This document shows positions 47,419 to 57,144 of a DNA stretch of 64,000 bases, piece after piece. The notes under the pieces are model-generated. The model did no database searches. It worked only from the letters and a program-made list of their open reading frames with translations, and was not told the origin of the DNA. Position 1 is the first letter of the stretch; each line of letters begins with the position of its first letter. This stretch comes from Alphaproteobacteria bacterium (GTDB lineage: Bacteria; Pseudomonadota; Alphaproteobacteria; Micropepsales; Micropepsaceae): positions 12,135 to 76,134 of the forward strand of contig JADZAI010000100.1 in the NCBI GenBank assembly GCA_020852655.1, read 5' to 3'. The position numbers and the translations under genes were made by a program.

Positions 47419-48780
47419 CTAGCTGGCGCGCGTGCGCATCAGGACGAACTCCTCCGCCGCGGAGGGATGCAGCGCGATGGCGGCGTCGAAATCCGCCTTG
47501 GTGCATTTCATCTTCACCGGGATCGCCGCCATCTGGATGATCTCGCCGGCGTCGGCGCCGACCATGTGGACGCCGAGCACGCGGTTGTCGGCGCCGTCGA
47601 CGATCAGCTTCATCAGCGTCTGTTCGTCGCGGCCCGAGATGGTGGCGCGCATCGGGCGATATTTGGCGCGGTAGATGTGAATGTCGGCGTGGCGGTGCCG
47701 GGCCTGCTCTTCGGTCAGGCCCACCGAAGCGAACTCGGGCGTCGTGAAGATCGCGGTCGGAATGTCGGCGTGATCGACGGCAATCGGGTTGTTGTTGAAG
47801 ACCGTCTCGGCGAAGGCATGACCTTCGCGGATGGCGACCGGGGTCAGGTTCGCGCGGTCCGTCACGTCGCCGACGGCATAGATATGCGGCACTTGCGTCT
47901 GGCTGAAGCGATCGACCGGAATCGCGCCTTTTGCGTTGCAGTCCAGCCCCGCCGCCTCGAGGCCGAGGCCGCGCGTGTTCGGCCAGCGGCCGGTCGCGAA
48001 CATGATCTCGCCGGCTTGCAGCACCTCGCCTGTGGAGAGGCCGATGTCGCGCATCTGGCCTTCGCGCCGGATGCCGACGACCGTCGCGTCCATGATGAAG
48101 CGGATGCCGCGCTTCGCCAGTTCCTGGTGCAGATGGGCCGCGCCCTCGCGGTCGAAGCCGCGCAGGATTTCCGGCCCGTAATGGACGACTGTCACCTCCG
48201 AGCCATAGCCGCGGAAGATGCAGGCGAACTCCAGCGCGATATAGCCGGCGCCGACGATGACGATATGCGCAGGCCGGTCGCGCAGGTGGAAGACCTCGTT
48301 GGAGGTGATCGCGTGCTCGATACCGGCAACCTCCTGCGGCAGATGCGGCGAGGCGCCGACCGCGATGAGGATGGTCTTCGCCGTCACGATCCTGTCCGCC
48401 GTCTTCAGGCGGATCTCGTGCGGCCCGACCAGCTCGGCCCGGTCGTCGATGATCGTCGCGCCGGCGCCCTCCAGGCCCTTGCGATAAAGGCCTTCCAGCC
48501 GGCCGATCTCCTGGTCCTTGGCGCGGATCAGGGTCGCCCAGTCATGCGTCGTATCGGGGTGGGTCCAGCCGAAGCCTCGCGCGTCCTCGATGTCGAAGCC
48601 GATCCGGCTGCCATAGACCATCAGCTTCTTCGGCACGCAGCCGCGGATCACGCAGGTGCCGCCGGCCCGGTATTCCTCGGCCACCGCGGCCCTGGCGCCG
48701 AAGCCCGCCGCGATGCGGGTCGCCCGCACGCCGCCCGAACCCGCGCCGATGGTAAAGAGGTCGAAATCGTAGGATGTCAT
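47419..48780 (-). CDS. gor: Glutathione reductase
   Basis: IGAGSGG, GGTCVIRGCVPKK, VGAGYIALE, GDVTDRANLTPVAI, HPSAAEEFV. Confidence 0.96.
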   Translation of the reverse strand: MTSYDFDLFTIGAGSGGVRATRIAAGFGARAAVAEEYRAGGTCVIRGCVPKKLMVYGSRIGFDIEDARGFGWTHPDTTHDWATLIRAKDQEIGRLEGLYRKGLEGAGATIIDDRAELVGPHEIRLKTADRIVTAKTILIAVGASPHLPQEVAGIEHAITSNEVFHLRDRPAHIVIVGAGYIALEFACIFRGYGSEVTVVHYGPEILRGFDREGAAHLHQELAKRGIRFIMDATVVGIRREGQMRDIGLSTGEVLQAGEIMFATGRWPNTRGLGLEAAGLDCNAKGAIPVDRFSQTQVPHIYAVGDVTDRANLTPVAIREGHAFAETVFNNNPIAVDHADIPTAIFTTPEFASVGLTEEQARHRHADIHIYRAKYRPMRATISGRDEQTLMKLIVDGADNRVLGVHMVGADAGEIIQMAAIPVKMKCTKADFDAAIALHPSAAEEFVLMRTRAS

Positions 48781-48923
48781 GGCGCCTTCCATGGCCGCGT
48801 TTCGGCCCGCCATCAAGCGACGCCGCACCTGAGGAGAAAGGAACCCGGCCGCCTCCGGTCAAGCCCTTGGAAAGCCCTGCGAAGGCCTATAGGCGTGCGC
48901 GGTCGCCAGCGCCGGAACCCGTC

Positions 48924-49916
48924 TTGAAGTTCGCCGTCCAGATTCGCGCCCACCAGGTCACGGACAAGCTGCTCGACCTGATCGGCCAGCTTCGGGGCAG
49001 CGACCGGTTCGATCTGTTCCTCAGCTACGACGTCAAGGACGGCCCGGTCGAGCTGCCCGGCGCCACCACCCTGCCCTACACGCTCCAGACCTTCCTCGAC
49101 CTCGGCCTGCCGGTGGAGCCGGGCGAGCCGGAGCGGGTCGTCGTCTGGCGCCACTGCGACTACACGCTCTACGCGGCCCGCGCGGCGCTGCCGGACTACG
49201 ACTATTTCATCTCCATCGAGTTCGACGTCGATTTCGTCGCCCGCGGGCCGGGCTTCCTCCACGCCCTGATCGACCGCATCACGGCAGAAGCCGCAGATCC
49301 CATCGACCTCATCGTCGCCCAGCTCGGGCCGGTCGGCGCGGAATTCCCGCTCCACGCCCCGGCCGCGGCGCTCTACCCCAAGGTCTATGCCTGCCTTTGC
49401 CCGCTCGCCGTCTTCTCGCGCCGGGCACTGGACCATCTCTTCGCGCAGAAGCGGATCGAGGCGGCGCGGCCAATGCCGGAGGCGGGGTATGTCCACTGGG
49501 AAACCTTCGTCGCGACAGCGCTGATCGACGCGGGCGGCTTTCGCTGCGCGACCTTCGAGACGCTCTTCCCCGGCTGCGTCACGCGCGAGGCCTGGCGCCC
49601 CGGCCTGCCCATGCTGATGGGCCACCCGCCGCCGCTGCCGCCCTCCGTGCAGATGATCCACCCGGTGCTGGCCGAGCGCGAATGCGCCCTCAGGCACAGC
49701 TATTTCGCGCGGATCGAGAACCGCCTGCCGTCGTTCCTCGACTGGCTCGACAGCGGCGACGGCCGTCTCCTCAGCCCCGCCTTCCGCGAAAGCCTGCGCC
49801 GCGAGGCCGCTGCCGAGCTGGCGCGGCAGAACCCCTCCGCCGGGCGGCGCTTCAAGACCTGGCTGCTGAAGCTCCCCGGCGTCGCGCCCGTCTACCGGGC
49901 GCTGCGCGGGCGTTAG
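48924..49916 (+). CDS. Hypothetical protein, possibly GT-A glycosyltransferase-like
   Basis: Strong coding-type codon usage from TTG 48924; WRHCDYTLY...DYDYFISIEFDVD acidic motif; family not certain. Confidence 0.6.
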   Translation: MKFAVQIRAHQVTDKLLDLIGQLRGSDRFDLFLSYDVKDGPVELPGATTLPYTLQTFLDLGLPVEPGEPERVVVWRHCDYTLYAARAALPDYDYFISIEFDVDFVARGPGFLHALIDRITAEAADPIDLIVAQLGPVGAEFPLHAPAAALYPKVYACLCPLAVFSRRALDHLFAQKRIEAARPMPEAGYVHWETFVATALIDAGGFRCATFETLFPGCVTREAWRPGLPMLMGHPPPLPPSVQMIHPVLAERECALRHSYFARIENRLPSFLDWLDSGDGRLLSPAFRESLRREAAAELARQNPSAGRRFKTWLLKLPGVAPVYRALRGR

Positions 49917-50638
49917 CCCGCGTCGGACGGCCGCATCGCGTCGATCACCTCGACGCCGTCGCCCCGCCCGACGATCAGCGTCGAGCAGATGCCGATGAAG
50001 AGCCCGTGCTCCACGACGCCGGGGATCGCCGAGAGCGCGGTCGCCAGCGCCGTCGGATCGGGGATCATCTCGCAGTCGAGGTCGGCGACGAGATTGCCGT
50101 TGTCGGTGACCGCCGGATGGGCATCGCCGCCGCGCAGCCGCGTGAAATTGCCCTGGCAGCCCGCCTGCACCGCCGCCTCTGCGATGCGCCGCATCGTCGT
50201 CTTGTGCGCGAAGGGCACGATCTCGACCGACAGCGGAAAGCGCCCGAGGACTTCGACCAGCTTCGAATCGTCCATGATCGCGATCATGCGGCGCGAGGCC
50301 GAGGCGACGATCTTCTCGCGCAGATGCGCCGCACCGGCGCCCTTGATCAGCCGGAACTGGCGGTCCGCCTCGTCCGCCCCATCGACCGTCAGGTCGATCT
50401 GCGGCGCCTCATCGACCGTGGTCAGCGGGATGCCCGCATCGACCGCCAGGGCATGCGCCGAAGCGCTGGTGGGGACGCCGGTGATCTGAAGCCCGGCCTT
50501 CACCTTCTTGCCCAGCGCCTGCACGAAATGCGCGGCCGTCGAGCCGGTCCCCAGCCCGACGATCATCCCCGGCCGGACAAACTCCAGCGCCTTCAGGGCT
50601 GCGGCACGCTTACGGTCATCGGCAGTGGGATTGGGCAT
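49913..50638 (-). CDS. rpiA: Ribose-5-phosphate isomerase A
   Basis: VGLGTGSTA, VDGADEAD, LIKGAGAAHLREK, TDNGN, PGVVEHGLF. Confidence 0.97.
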   Translation of the reverse strand: MPNPTADDRKRAAALKALEFVRPGMIVGLGTGSTAAHFVQALGKKVKAGLQITGVPTSASAHALAVDAGIPLTTVDEAPQIDLTVDGADEADRQFRLIKGAGAAHLREKIVASASRRMIAIMDDSKLVEVLGRFPLSVEIVPFAHKTTMRRIAEAAVQAGCQGNFTRLRGGDAHPAVTDNGNLVADLDCEMIPDPTALATALSAIPGVVEHGLFIGICSTLIVGRGDGVEVIDAMRPSDAG

Positions 50639-50751
50639 GGCGACTCTTATACCAGCGCGATCGCAGATGTCTTGTCTCAGACCGCACGATCTCCGGCCCG
50701 GCGCCCCGCGCGAAGCGTGGGGAGAAGTCCGCTTGGCGAGGGCACGCCTGA

Positions 50752-51465
50752 CTATTGCGGTATCTTCTCGCCAAGAACCCAATGATCGTCGATCCAACGC
50801 ACGAATCGTGTCTCATCGCCCAGCGCGTGGGCGATCTCGCGCGACGTAAGGGCCCCGAATTTCCGAAGCAGAAACAGGTGATCCGGTCTCGAACGCCCCT
50901 GGTCCCGCGCCTTCTGGTCAAGTGACCTCAACCAATTGTCTTCGTGCTCCCGAACTTCGTAGGGCAAGCCCAGGCTGGCAACTCCCATGCAGCGATCCAA
51001 TTGCCTGACGAAGGCCTTTTCTGCCTCCGAGGGCATGGAAATGCCGTCTCGCTCAGAAGGCCCCGAAGTATCGTATTCGGTGAGGGCGAATCGAAAGTCG
51101 AATTCCGCCTCGTCATAGACGCTGTCTTCGCCGTCGCCGTGCCCGCGGTTGGGATCTACGCCCCGTTCCAGGAGCATTTTGAGCATCTGGAAATCGTACT
51201 GAAATGCAGGGCCGCCCAATATGCCCTGGCCCTCCGGATTCAAGAGATGCGGGTTGGCGCCCAAATCCAGAAGCGTCGACACGACCTCGTAGCGATTCGG
51301 CACGAATGAGCCAAGCTCATCATCGGACATCCACCAAAGCACTCTGTCGAGAAGGGGCGTTCCGTCGGACTGCCGGTTGATGCTCGCACCGTTCGCCGCC
51401 AATCGGCGTATCGCCGCCAGATCGGCAGCGGTTATCGCCTGCCACAACAGATCATCGAGATCCAC
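50752..51465 (-). CDS. Ankyrin-repeat-like hypothetical protein
   Basis: GTG start with GAGGA RBS; LWQAI...LAANGASIN, TLLDLGANP, MLLERGVDPN ankyrin-like turns; visibly more AT-rich than its neighbours. Confidence 0.7.
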   Translation of the reverse strand: MDLDDLLWQAITAADLAAIRRLAANGASINRQSDGTPLLDRVLWWMSDDELGSFVPNRYEVVSTLLDLGANPHLLNPEGQGILGGPAFQYDFQMLKMLLERGVDPNRGHGDGEDSVYDEAEFDFRFALTEYDTSGPSERDGISMPSEAEKAFVRQLDRCMGVASLGLPYEVREHEDNWLRSLDQKARDQGRSRPDHLFLLRKFGALTSREIAHALGDETRFVRWIDDHWVLGEKIPQ

Positions 51466-51497
51466 AGCGTCCTCGTGTTTCCGGCAGGCCGGGCTAT

Positions 51498-53321
51498 CTA
51501 CTCCACCGTCACGCTCTTCGCGAGGTTGCGCGGCTGGTCGACGTCCGTGCCCTTGGCGACGGCGGTGTAGTAGGCCAGCAGCTGCACCGGCACCGCGGCG
51601 AGGATGGGAGCGAAGATGGGGTCGCATTCGGGGATTTCGATGCGCATCCACACATTGTCGCCGGCGAGCTCGTGGCCCTTCCGGTCGGAGACAAGGATCA
51701 CCTTGCCGCCGCGCGCCATGACCTCCTGCATGTTCGAGATCGTCTTCTCGAACAGCGCGTCGTGCGGCGCGATCACCACGACCGGCACGTTCTCGTCGAT
51801 CAGCGCGATCGGCCCGTGCTTCAGCTCGCCCGCCGCATAGCCTTCGGCGTGGATGTAGCTGATCTCCTTCAGCTTCAGCGCGCCTTCCATGGCAATCGGA
51901 TAGTTCAGCCCGCGGCCGATGAAGAGCACGTCGCGCGCCTTCGAGATCTCCTTGCCGATGGCGGAGATGATCTCCTCCTGCTTCAGCGCCTCGCCGATGA
52001 GGCGCGGCATTTCGAGCAGATGGCGCGTCAGGCGGATCTCGGCGTCGCGGCCGAGCGTGCCGCGCGCCTTGCCGGCGGCGATCGCCAGGCTCGCCAGCAC
52101 GCCGAGCTGGCAGGTGAAGGCCTTGGTCGAGGCGACGCCGATCTCAGGCCCCGCGTGGGTCGGGAATACCGCCTCGCTGTCGCGCGCGATGGAGGAGCCC
52201 GCGACATTCACCACCGACGCCACGCGCTGCCCCGCGGCACGGGCATGCTTCAGCGCCGCCAGCGTGTCGGCCGTCTCGCCCGACTGCGAGACGAAGAGCG
52301 AGACGCCGCCCGGCAGCAGCACGGCGTCGCGATAGCGGAATTCCGAGGCGATGTCGGTGCCCGAGGGCAGCTTCGCCAGCTTCTCGAACCAGTATTGCGC
52401 GACCTGCGTCGCCAGCGACGCCGTGCCGCAGGCAACCATCGTCAGGCGCGAGACACTCGCCCAGTCGATCGGCGACGGCGGCAGCGCCACCGACTCCGTC
52501 ACGGCGTTGATATAGGCGTGCACGGTGTGGCCCAGCACTTCGGGCTGCTCGTAGATCTCCTTCGCCATGAAGTGATGGTGGTTGCCCTTGTCGACCAGCG
52601 CCGCGCCGGCCTGGGTGATCACCACCGGCCGCTCCACGGCCTGGTCGGCGACATTGTAGATCGTCGCGCCCGAGCGCCGCAGCACCGCGAGGTCGCCGTC
52701 CTCGAGATACGTCACCCGGTTCGTGAACGGCGCGAGCGCGAACGCGTCGGAGCCGAAGAACATCTCGCCGTCACCATAGCCGATGGCGAGCGGGCTGAGA
52801 CGCCGGGCACCGATGAGGAGATCCTCCTCGCCGCGGAACATCATGACAAGCGCGAAGGCGCCCTCGAAGCGCTTCACCGCCGCCTGCGCCGCCGCAACCG
52901 GCGTCATGCCCTGACGCAGATATTCGGTGACGAGGTGCACCGTCACCTCGGTGTCGGTCTCGGTCGCGAAGACATGGCCCTTCGCGGTCAGCTCGTCGCG
53001 CAGCGCGCGGAAATTCTCGATGATGCCGTTATGCACGACCGCGACGCTGTCGGAGGCGTGCGGATGGGCGTTCGTCTCGTTCACCGCGCCATGCGTCGCC
53101 CAGCGCGTGTGGCCGATGCCGATGACGCCGGGCAGCGGATTGGCGCCGAGCACGCTCGCCAGGTTGCGCAGCTTGCCCGGGCTGCGGCGGCGGTCGATGC
53201 GGCCATCATGCAGCGTCGCGACGCCGGCCGAGTCGTAGCCGCGATACTCCAGCCGGCGCAGCGCCTCGACGATCAGCGGGGCGGCTTCCTCACTGCCGAT
53301 GATGCCGACGATACCGCACAT
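51498..53321 (-). CDS. glmS: Glutamine--fructose-6-phosphate aminotransferase
   Basis: MCGIVG, LEYRGYDSAG, GHTRWATHG, SQSGETADT, VASTKAF, DQPRNLAKSVTVE. Confidence 0.98.
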   Translation of the reverse strand: MCGIVGIIGSEEAAPLIVEALRRLEYRGYDSAGVATLHDGRIDRRRSPGKLRNLASVLGANPLPGVIGIGHTRWATHGAVNETNAHPHASDSVAVVHNGIIENFRALRDELTAKGHVFATETDTEVTVHLVTEYLRQGMTPVAAAQAAVKRFEGAFALVMMFRGEEDLLIGARRLSPLAIGYGDGEMFFGSDAFALAPFTNRVTYLEDGDLAVLRRSGATIYNVADQAVERPVVITQAGAALVDKGNHHHFMAKEIYEQPEVLGHTVHAYINAVTESVALPPSPIDWASVSRLTMVACGTASLATQVAQYWFEKLAKLPSGTDIASEFRYRDAVLLPGGVSLFVSQSGETADTLAALKHARAAGQRVASVVNVAGSSIARDSEAVFPTHAGPEIGVASTKAFTCQLGVLASLAIAAGKARGTLGRDAEIRLTRHLLEMPRLIGEALKQEEIISAIGKEISKARDVLFIGRGLNYPIAMEGALKLKEISYIHAEGYAAGELKHGPIALIDENVPVVVIAPHDALFEKTISNMQEVMARGGKVILVSDRKGHELAGDNVWMRIEIPECDPIFAPILAAVPVQLLAYYTAVAKGTDVDQPRNLAKSVTVE

Positions 53322-53325
53322 GGTG

Positions 53326-54678
53326 TCAGTCCTTCTTCGCCTTGCGGGCGCGCATCAGGGTGCGGAATTTCGCCGCCCAGCCCGGCTTCTCGACCTGCGG
53401 GCTGCGCTCGATCGCCAGCGCGTCGGCGGCGACATTCCTGGTGATCACCGAGCCCGCGCCGATATTGGCATTGGCGCCGACACTGACCGGGGCGACGAGC
53501 GCGCTGTTCGAGCCGATGAAGGCGCCGGCGCCGATCTCGGTCTGGTATTTGAAGAAGCCGTCGTAATTGCAGGTGATCGTCCCGGCGCCGATATTGGCCT
53601 CGGCGCCGATGGTCACGTCACCCAGATAGGTCAGGTGGTTCGCCTTGGCGCCGCGGTCGATCTTCGCCGCCTTGGTCTCCACGAAATTGCCGATATGGAC
53701 GTCCTCGCCGATCTCGCTGCCGGGGCGCAGCCGGGCGAACGGACCGATGATCGCGCCGCGCGCGATGCGCACGCCTTCGAGATGGCAGAACGGCTTGATC
53801 GTCACGCCGCCCGCGACGCTGACGCCGGGGCCGAACACCACGTTCTGACCGACCGAGGTGCCGGGGCCGATCTCGGTGTCAGCCGCGAAATAGACCGTCG
53901 CCGGATCGGAGAGGGTCACGCCCGCCGCCATATGCGCCGCCCGGGCCCGGCGCTGGAAGGCGGCCTCGGCGACGGCGAGTTCGTCCTGGCTGTTGACGCC
54001 GAGCACCTCTGCCGCCGCCCCTTCGACCGCGGCGCAGCGTAGCTTGTGCGCGACGGCGATCTGGATGACGTCGGTGAGGTAATATTCCTTCTTGGCGTTG
54101 TTCGTACCGACGCGCGGCAGCAGGTCGTCGAACAGCGTCCGCGCATCGGCGGCCAGCACGCCGCTGTTGCAGAAATCGATCTTCCGCTCGGCGCTGGTCG
54201 CGTCCTTGGCCTCGACGATCTTCTGGAGCGAGCCGTCGTGGGCGAGCACGAGCCGGCCATAGGCGGCCGGATCGGCGGGCCGGAAGCCGAGCACCGCGAC
54301 CGAGGCGCCGCCGTCGCGGGCGGCGAGGATGCGGCGAAGCGTCTCCGCCGTCAGCAGCGGCGTGTCGGCATAGAGCACCAGCGCATCGCCGTGGAACCCT
54401 TCCAGCTCCTTGCGGGCCGCCATGACGGCGTGCCCCGTGCCGAGCTGTTCGGCCTGCACGGCGAGGCGGGCCGGGGCTGTGGCCTTGCCGATCGCCTCGG
54501 CATCCGGGCGGGTCACGACGACCACCCGGTCCGGGCTCAGCGCGGCCGCCGCCGCGAGCACATGCGCCAGCATGGTGCGCCCGGCGATCGGGTGCAGCAC
54601 CTTGGGCAGCGGGGATTGCATGCGGGTGCCCTGGCCGGCGGCCAGGACGATGACGGCAAGGGGGCGTGCGGCGGTCAA
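53326..54678 (-). CDS. glmU: Bifunctional UDP-GlcNAc pyrophosphorylase/acetyltransferase
   Basis: VLAAGQGTRMQS.LPKVLH, EQLGTGHAV, hexapeptide repeats, NIGAGTITCNYDG. Confidence 0.97.
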   Translation of the reverse strand: MTAARPLAVIVLAAGQGTRMQSPLPKVLHPIAGRTMLAHVLAAAAALSPDRVVVVTRPDAEAIGKATAPARLAVQAEQLGTGHAVMAARKELEGFHGDALVLYADTPLLTAETLRRILAARDGGASVAVLGFRPADPAAYGRLVLAHDGSLQKIVEAKDATSAERKIDFCNSGVLAADARTLFDDLLPRVGTNNAKKEYYLTDVIQIAVAHKLRCAAVEGAAAEVLGVNSQDELAVAEAAFQRRARAAHMAAGVTLSDPATVYFAADTEIGPGTSVGQNVVFGPGVSVAGGVTIKPFCHLEGVRIARGAIIGPFARLRPGSEIGEDVHIGNFVETKAAKIDRGAKANHLTYLGDVTIGAEANIGAGTITCNYDGFFKYQTEIGAGAFIGSNSALVAPVSVGANANIGAGSVITRNVAADALAIERSPQVEKPGWAAKFRTLMRARKAKKD

Positions 54679-54828
54679 ATCAGGCCTGTTCCGTGTGCAC
54701 CGGGGGATAGCCCATGCAAAGCGCGGGCCCAAACTGACGTTTTGTTTCCCCCGATTACCCCCAACGGGCGGTTAATTGGGCGGCTGCCCGCCTTGCGGAA
54801 ACGCCGGCTCGCCCCCTAAACCGGATTC

Positions 54829-55515
54829 ATGCAGCCTTGGACCCTCGTCTTCGACCTCGACGGCACGCTGGTCGATACGGCCCCCGACCTTTGCGGGGCG
54901 ATGAATGCCGTGCTGGCCCTGCACGACCGGGCGCCGGTGCCGATCGCCGAGGTGCGGCACATGGTCGGGCGCGGTGCCCGCGTGCTGATGGAGCGCGGCT
55001 TCGCCTTCACCGGCGCGCCGGCCGGGGGCGCCCAGCTCGACGGGCTGTTCGAGGCCTTCCTCGCCCACTACGCCGCCCATATCGCCGACGAATCCGTGCC
55101 CTTTCCCGGCGCCCGCGAAACGCTGGCCGCGCTCCGGGCGCAGGGCCACGGGCTCGGCATCTGCACCAACAAGCCCGAGCGGCTGTCCCATGCGCTGCTC
55201 GACGCGCTGGACCTCGGCCCGTTCTTCGGCGCGGTGCTGGGCGCCGACACCCTGCCCGTCCGCAAGCCCGACCCGCGCCACCTGCTGGAAACCATTGCCC
55301 GCCTCGGCGGCGACCCGGAGCGTGCGGTGATGATCGGCGACAGCGAGACCGATGCCGAGACCGCCAGGGCGGCCGGCGTGCCGCTCGTCATCTTCACCTT
55401 CGGCTACACGGCGCTCGATCCGCAGACCTTCGGCGCCGACGCATTGCTCCACGGCTATGACGAATTGCCGGCGGCGCTGGACCGTATCATGGCCTCCCGG
55501 GGGACCGCTCGATGA
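54829..55515 (+). CDS. gph: Phosphoglycolate phosphatase (HAD)
   Basis: VFDLDGTLVDTAPDL, ICTNKPE, KPDPRHL, MIGDSETD. Confidence 0.88.
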   Translation: MQPWTLVFDLDGTLVDTAPDLCGAMNAVLALHDRAPVPIAEVRHMVGRGARVLMERGFAFTGAPAGGAQLDGLFEAFLAHYAAHIADESVPFPGARETLAALRAQGHGLGICTNKPERLSHALLDALDLGPFFGAVLGADTLPVRKPDPRHLLETIARLGGDPERAVMIGDSETDAETARAAGVPLVIFTFGYTALDPQTFGADALLHGYDELPAALDRIMASRGTAR

Positions 55516-56921
55516 AGGATGATTTTCCATTCCGCGGCGCGGTCGAGACCGGCAAGGCCATCGCCCGCGGCAAGCTCAGCTCGCTCGAAGCGACCCGGGC
55601 GATGCTGGAACGCATCCGCCGCGTCGACCCGGTGACGCGCGCCTATGTAATGCTCATGGAGGACAATGCGCTGGCCGAGGCCAAGCGCGCCGACCACGAG
55701 GCGGAGGCCGGCAAGCATCGCGGCCCGCTGCACGGCGTGCCCATCGCGGTGAAGGATCTCTGCGACGCCGTCGGCTATCCCACCACCGGCGGCATCCCCG
55801 CCTTCGCCACGCACAAGGCGGCGACCGATTCGACCGTCGTCGCCCGGCTGCGCGCCGCCGGCGCCGTCATTCTCGGCAAGCTGAAGCTCACCGAAGGCGC
55901 GATGGCGATGCACCACCCGGACGTCGCCCCGCCGGTCAACCCGTGGAATGCCGATCTCTGGACGGGCGTGTCGTCGTCGGGCTCCGGCGTCGCGGTCGCC
56001 GCCGGGCTCTGCTTCGGCGCGCTCGGCAGCGACACCGGCGGCTCGATCCGCTTCCCGAGCCAGGCCAACCGCATCGTCGGACTGAAGCCGACCTGGGGCC
56101 GGGTCAGCCGGGCCGGCGTCTTCCCGCTCGCCGAGACGCTGGACCATGTCGGCCCGATGACCCGCCGCGTCGAGGACGCCGCCGCGATGCTCGGCACGAT
56201 CGCCGGCCATGACGCCCGCGACGCGACCAGTTCGTCCGAGCCGGTGCCGGATTATCTCAAGGCCCTCGGCCGCGGCGTGAAGGGCCTCCGCCTCGGCATC
56301 GACCGCGCCTATTGCAGCGACGGCGCGGCGCCCGAGATCGTCACCGCCGTGAAGCACGCGACCGCCGTGCTGAAGCGCGCCGGGGCGACGGTGCTGGAGG
56401 TGACGATGCCGCCGGTGCAGAACGCGCTCGCCGCCTGGATGCGCATCACGGCGGCGGAGGTCGCGATGGGCCACGCCGCCACCTATCCGGCGCGCAAGGA
56501 GATCTACGGTCCCTATTTCACCGGGCTGCTGGCGATGGGGAACGCGCTCCCCGCCGCCGACTATGCCGCCTGCGCCGTCACGCGCCGGGCGCTGAAGGCG
56601 GGCCTGGACGCGCTGTTCCAGGACGTCGACCTGATGATCATGCCGGTGACGCCGATGCTCAGCCCGACGGTCGCGCAGATCGCCGAGCGGGCCGGGCAGA
56701 ATGATCCGGAGAACCGCTTCCTGCGCTACACCGCGCCGACCGACATCAGCGGCCACCCGACGATCACCCTCCCCGCCGGCGCGGCCGCCGGCGGAGCGGG
56801 TATCGGCTTCCAGCTCGCCGCCCGCCCCTTCGACGAGGCGCTGCTGTTCCGCGCCGGCAAAGTCTGGCAGGACGCCGAGGACTGGTCGGGCCACGTCCCG
56901 CCGCTGGCCGCCGAAGCTTGA
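55512..56921 (+). CDS. Amidase-signature family amidase
   Basis: PLHGVPIAVKD, GVSSSGS, GSDTGGSIRFP. Confidence 0.94.
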   Translation: MKDDFPFRGAVETGKAIARGKLSSLEATRAMLERIRRVDPVTRAYVMLMEDNALAEAKRADHEAEAGKHRGPLHGVPIAVKDLCDAVGYPTTGGIPAFATHKAATDSTVVARLRAAGAVILGKLKLTEGAMAMHHPDVAPPVNPWNADLWTGVSSSGSGVAVAAGLCFGALGSDTGGSIRFPSQANRIVGLKPTWGRVSRAGVFPLAETLDHVGPMTRRVEDAAAMLGTIAGHDARDATSSSEPVPDYLKALGRGVKGLRLGIDRAYCSDGAAPEIVTAVKHATAVLKRAGATVLEVTMPPVQNALAAWMRITAAEVAMGHAATYPARKEIYGPYFTGLLAMGNALPAADYAACAVTRRALKAGLDALFQDVDLMIMPVTPMLSPTVAQIAERAGQNDPENRFLRYTAPTDISGHPTITLPAGAAAGGAGIGFQLAARPFDEALLFRAGKVWQDAEDWSGHVPPLAAEA

Positions 56922-56961
56922 CAGCGCGCGGCGGCAGCGACTATTCCCCGCCCTCCCTTGA

Positions 56962-57036
56962 GGGCGATTAGCTCAGCGGGAGAGCACTCCCTTCACACGG
57001 GAGGGGTCGCTGGTTCAATCCCAGCATCGCCCACCA
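56962..57036 (+). tRNA. tRNA-Val(CAC)
   Basis: GGGCGAT acceptor stem pairs with ATCGCCC-A-CCA; anticodon arm CTCCC-TT-CAC-AC-GGGAG; GGTTCAATCC T-loop; 75 nt. Confidence 0.97.
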
Positions 57037-57144
57037 TCGTTTTCCGACATACATTTCCGCGGCGCCCTGGAGGGCTTGACCTCCGGCGCCGGACTGCGAG
57101 CCTCTGCCCGTTCGCGCGCCCAGCGCACACAGGGAGAAGCAGCC

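Noticed and set aside
51466-51497. Intact Tn7 element downstream of glmS
   Set aside because: No TGT-initiated terminal repeats and no tnsABCD(E) genes.
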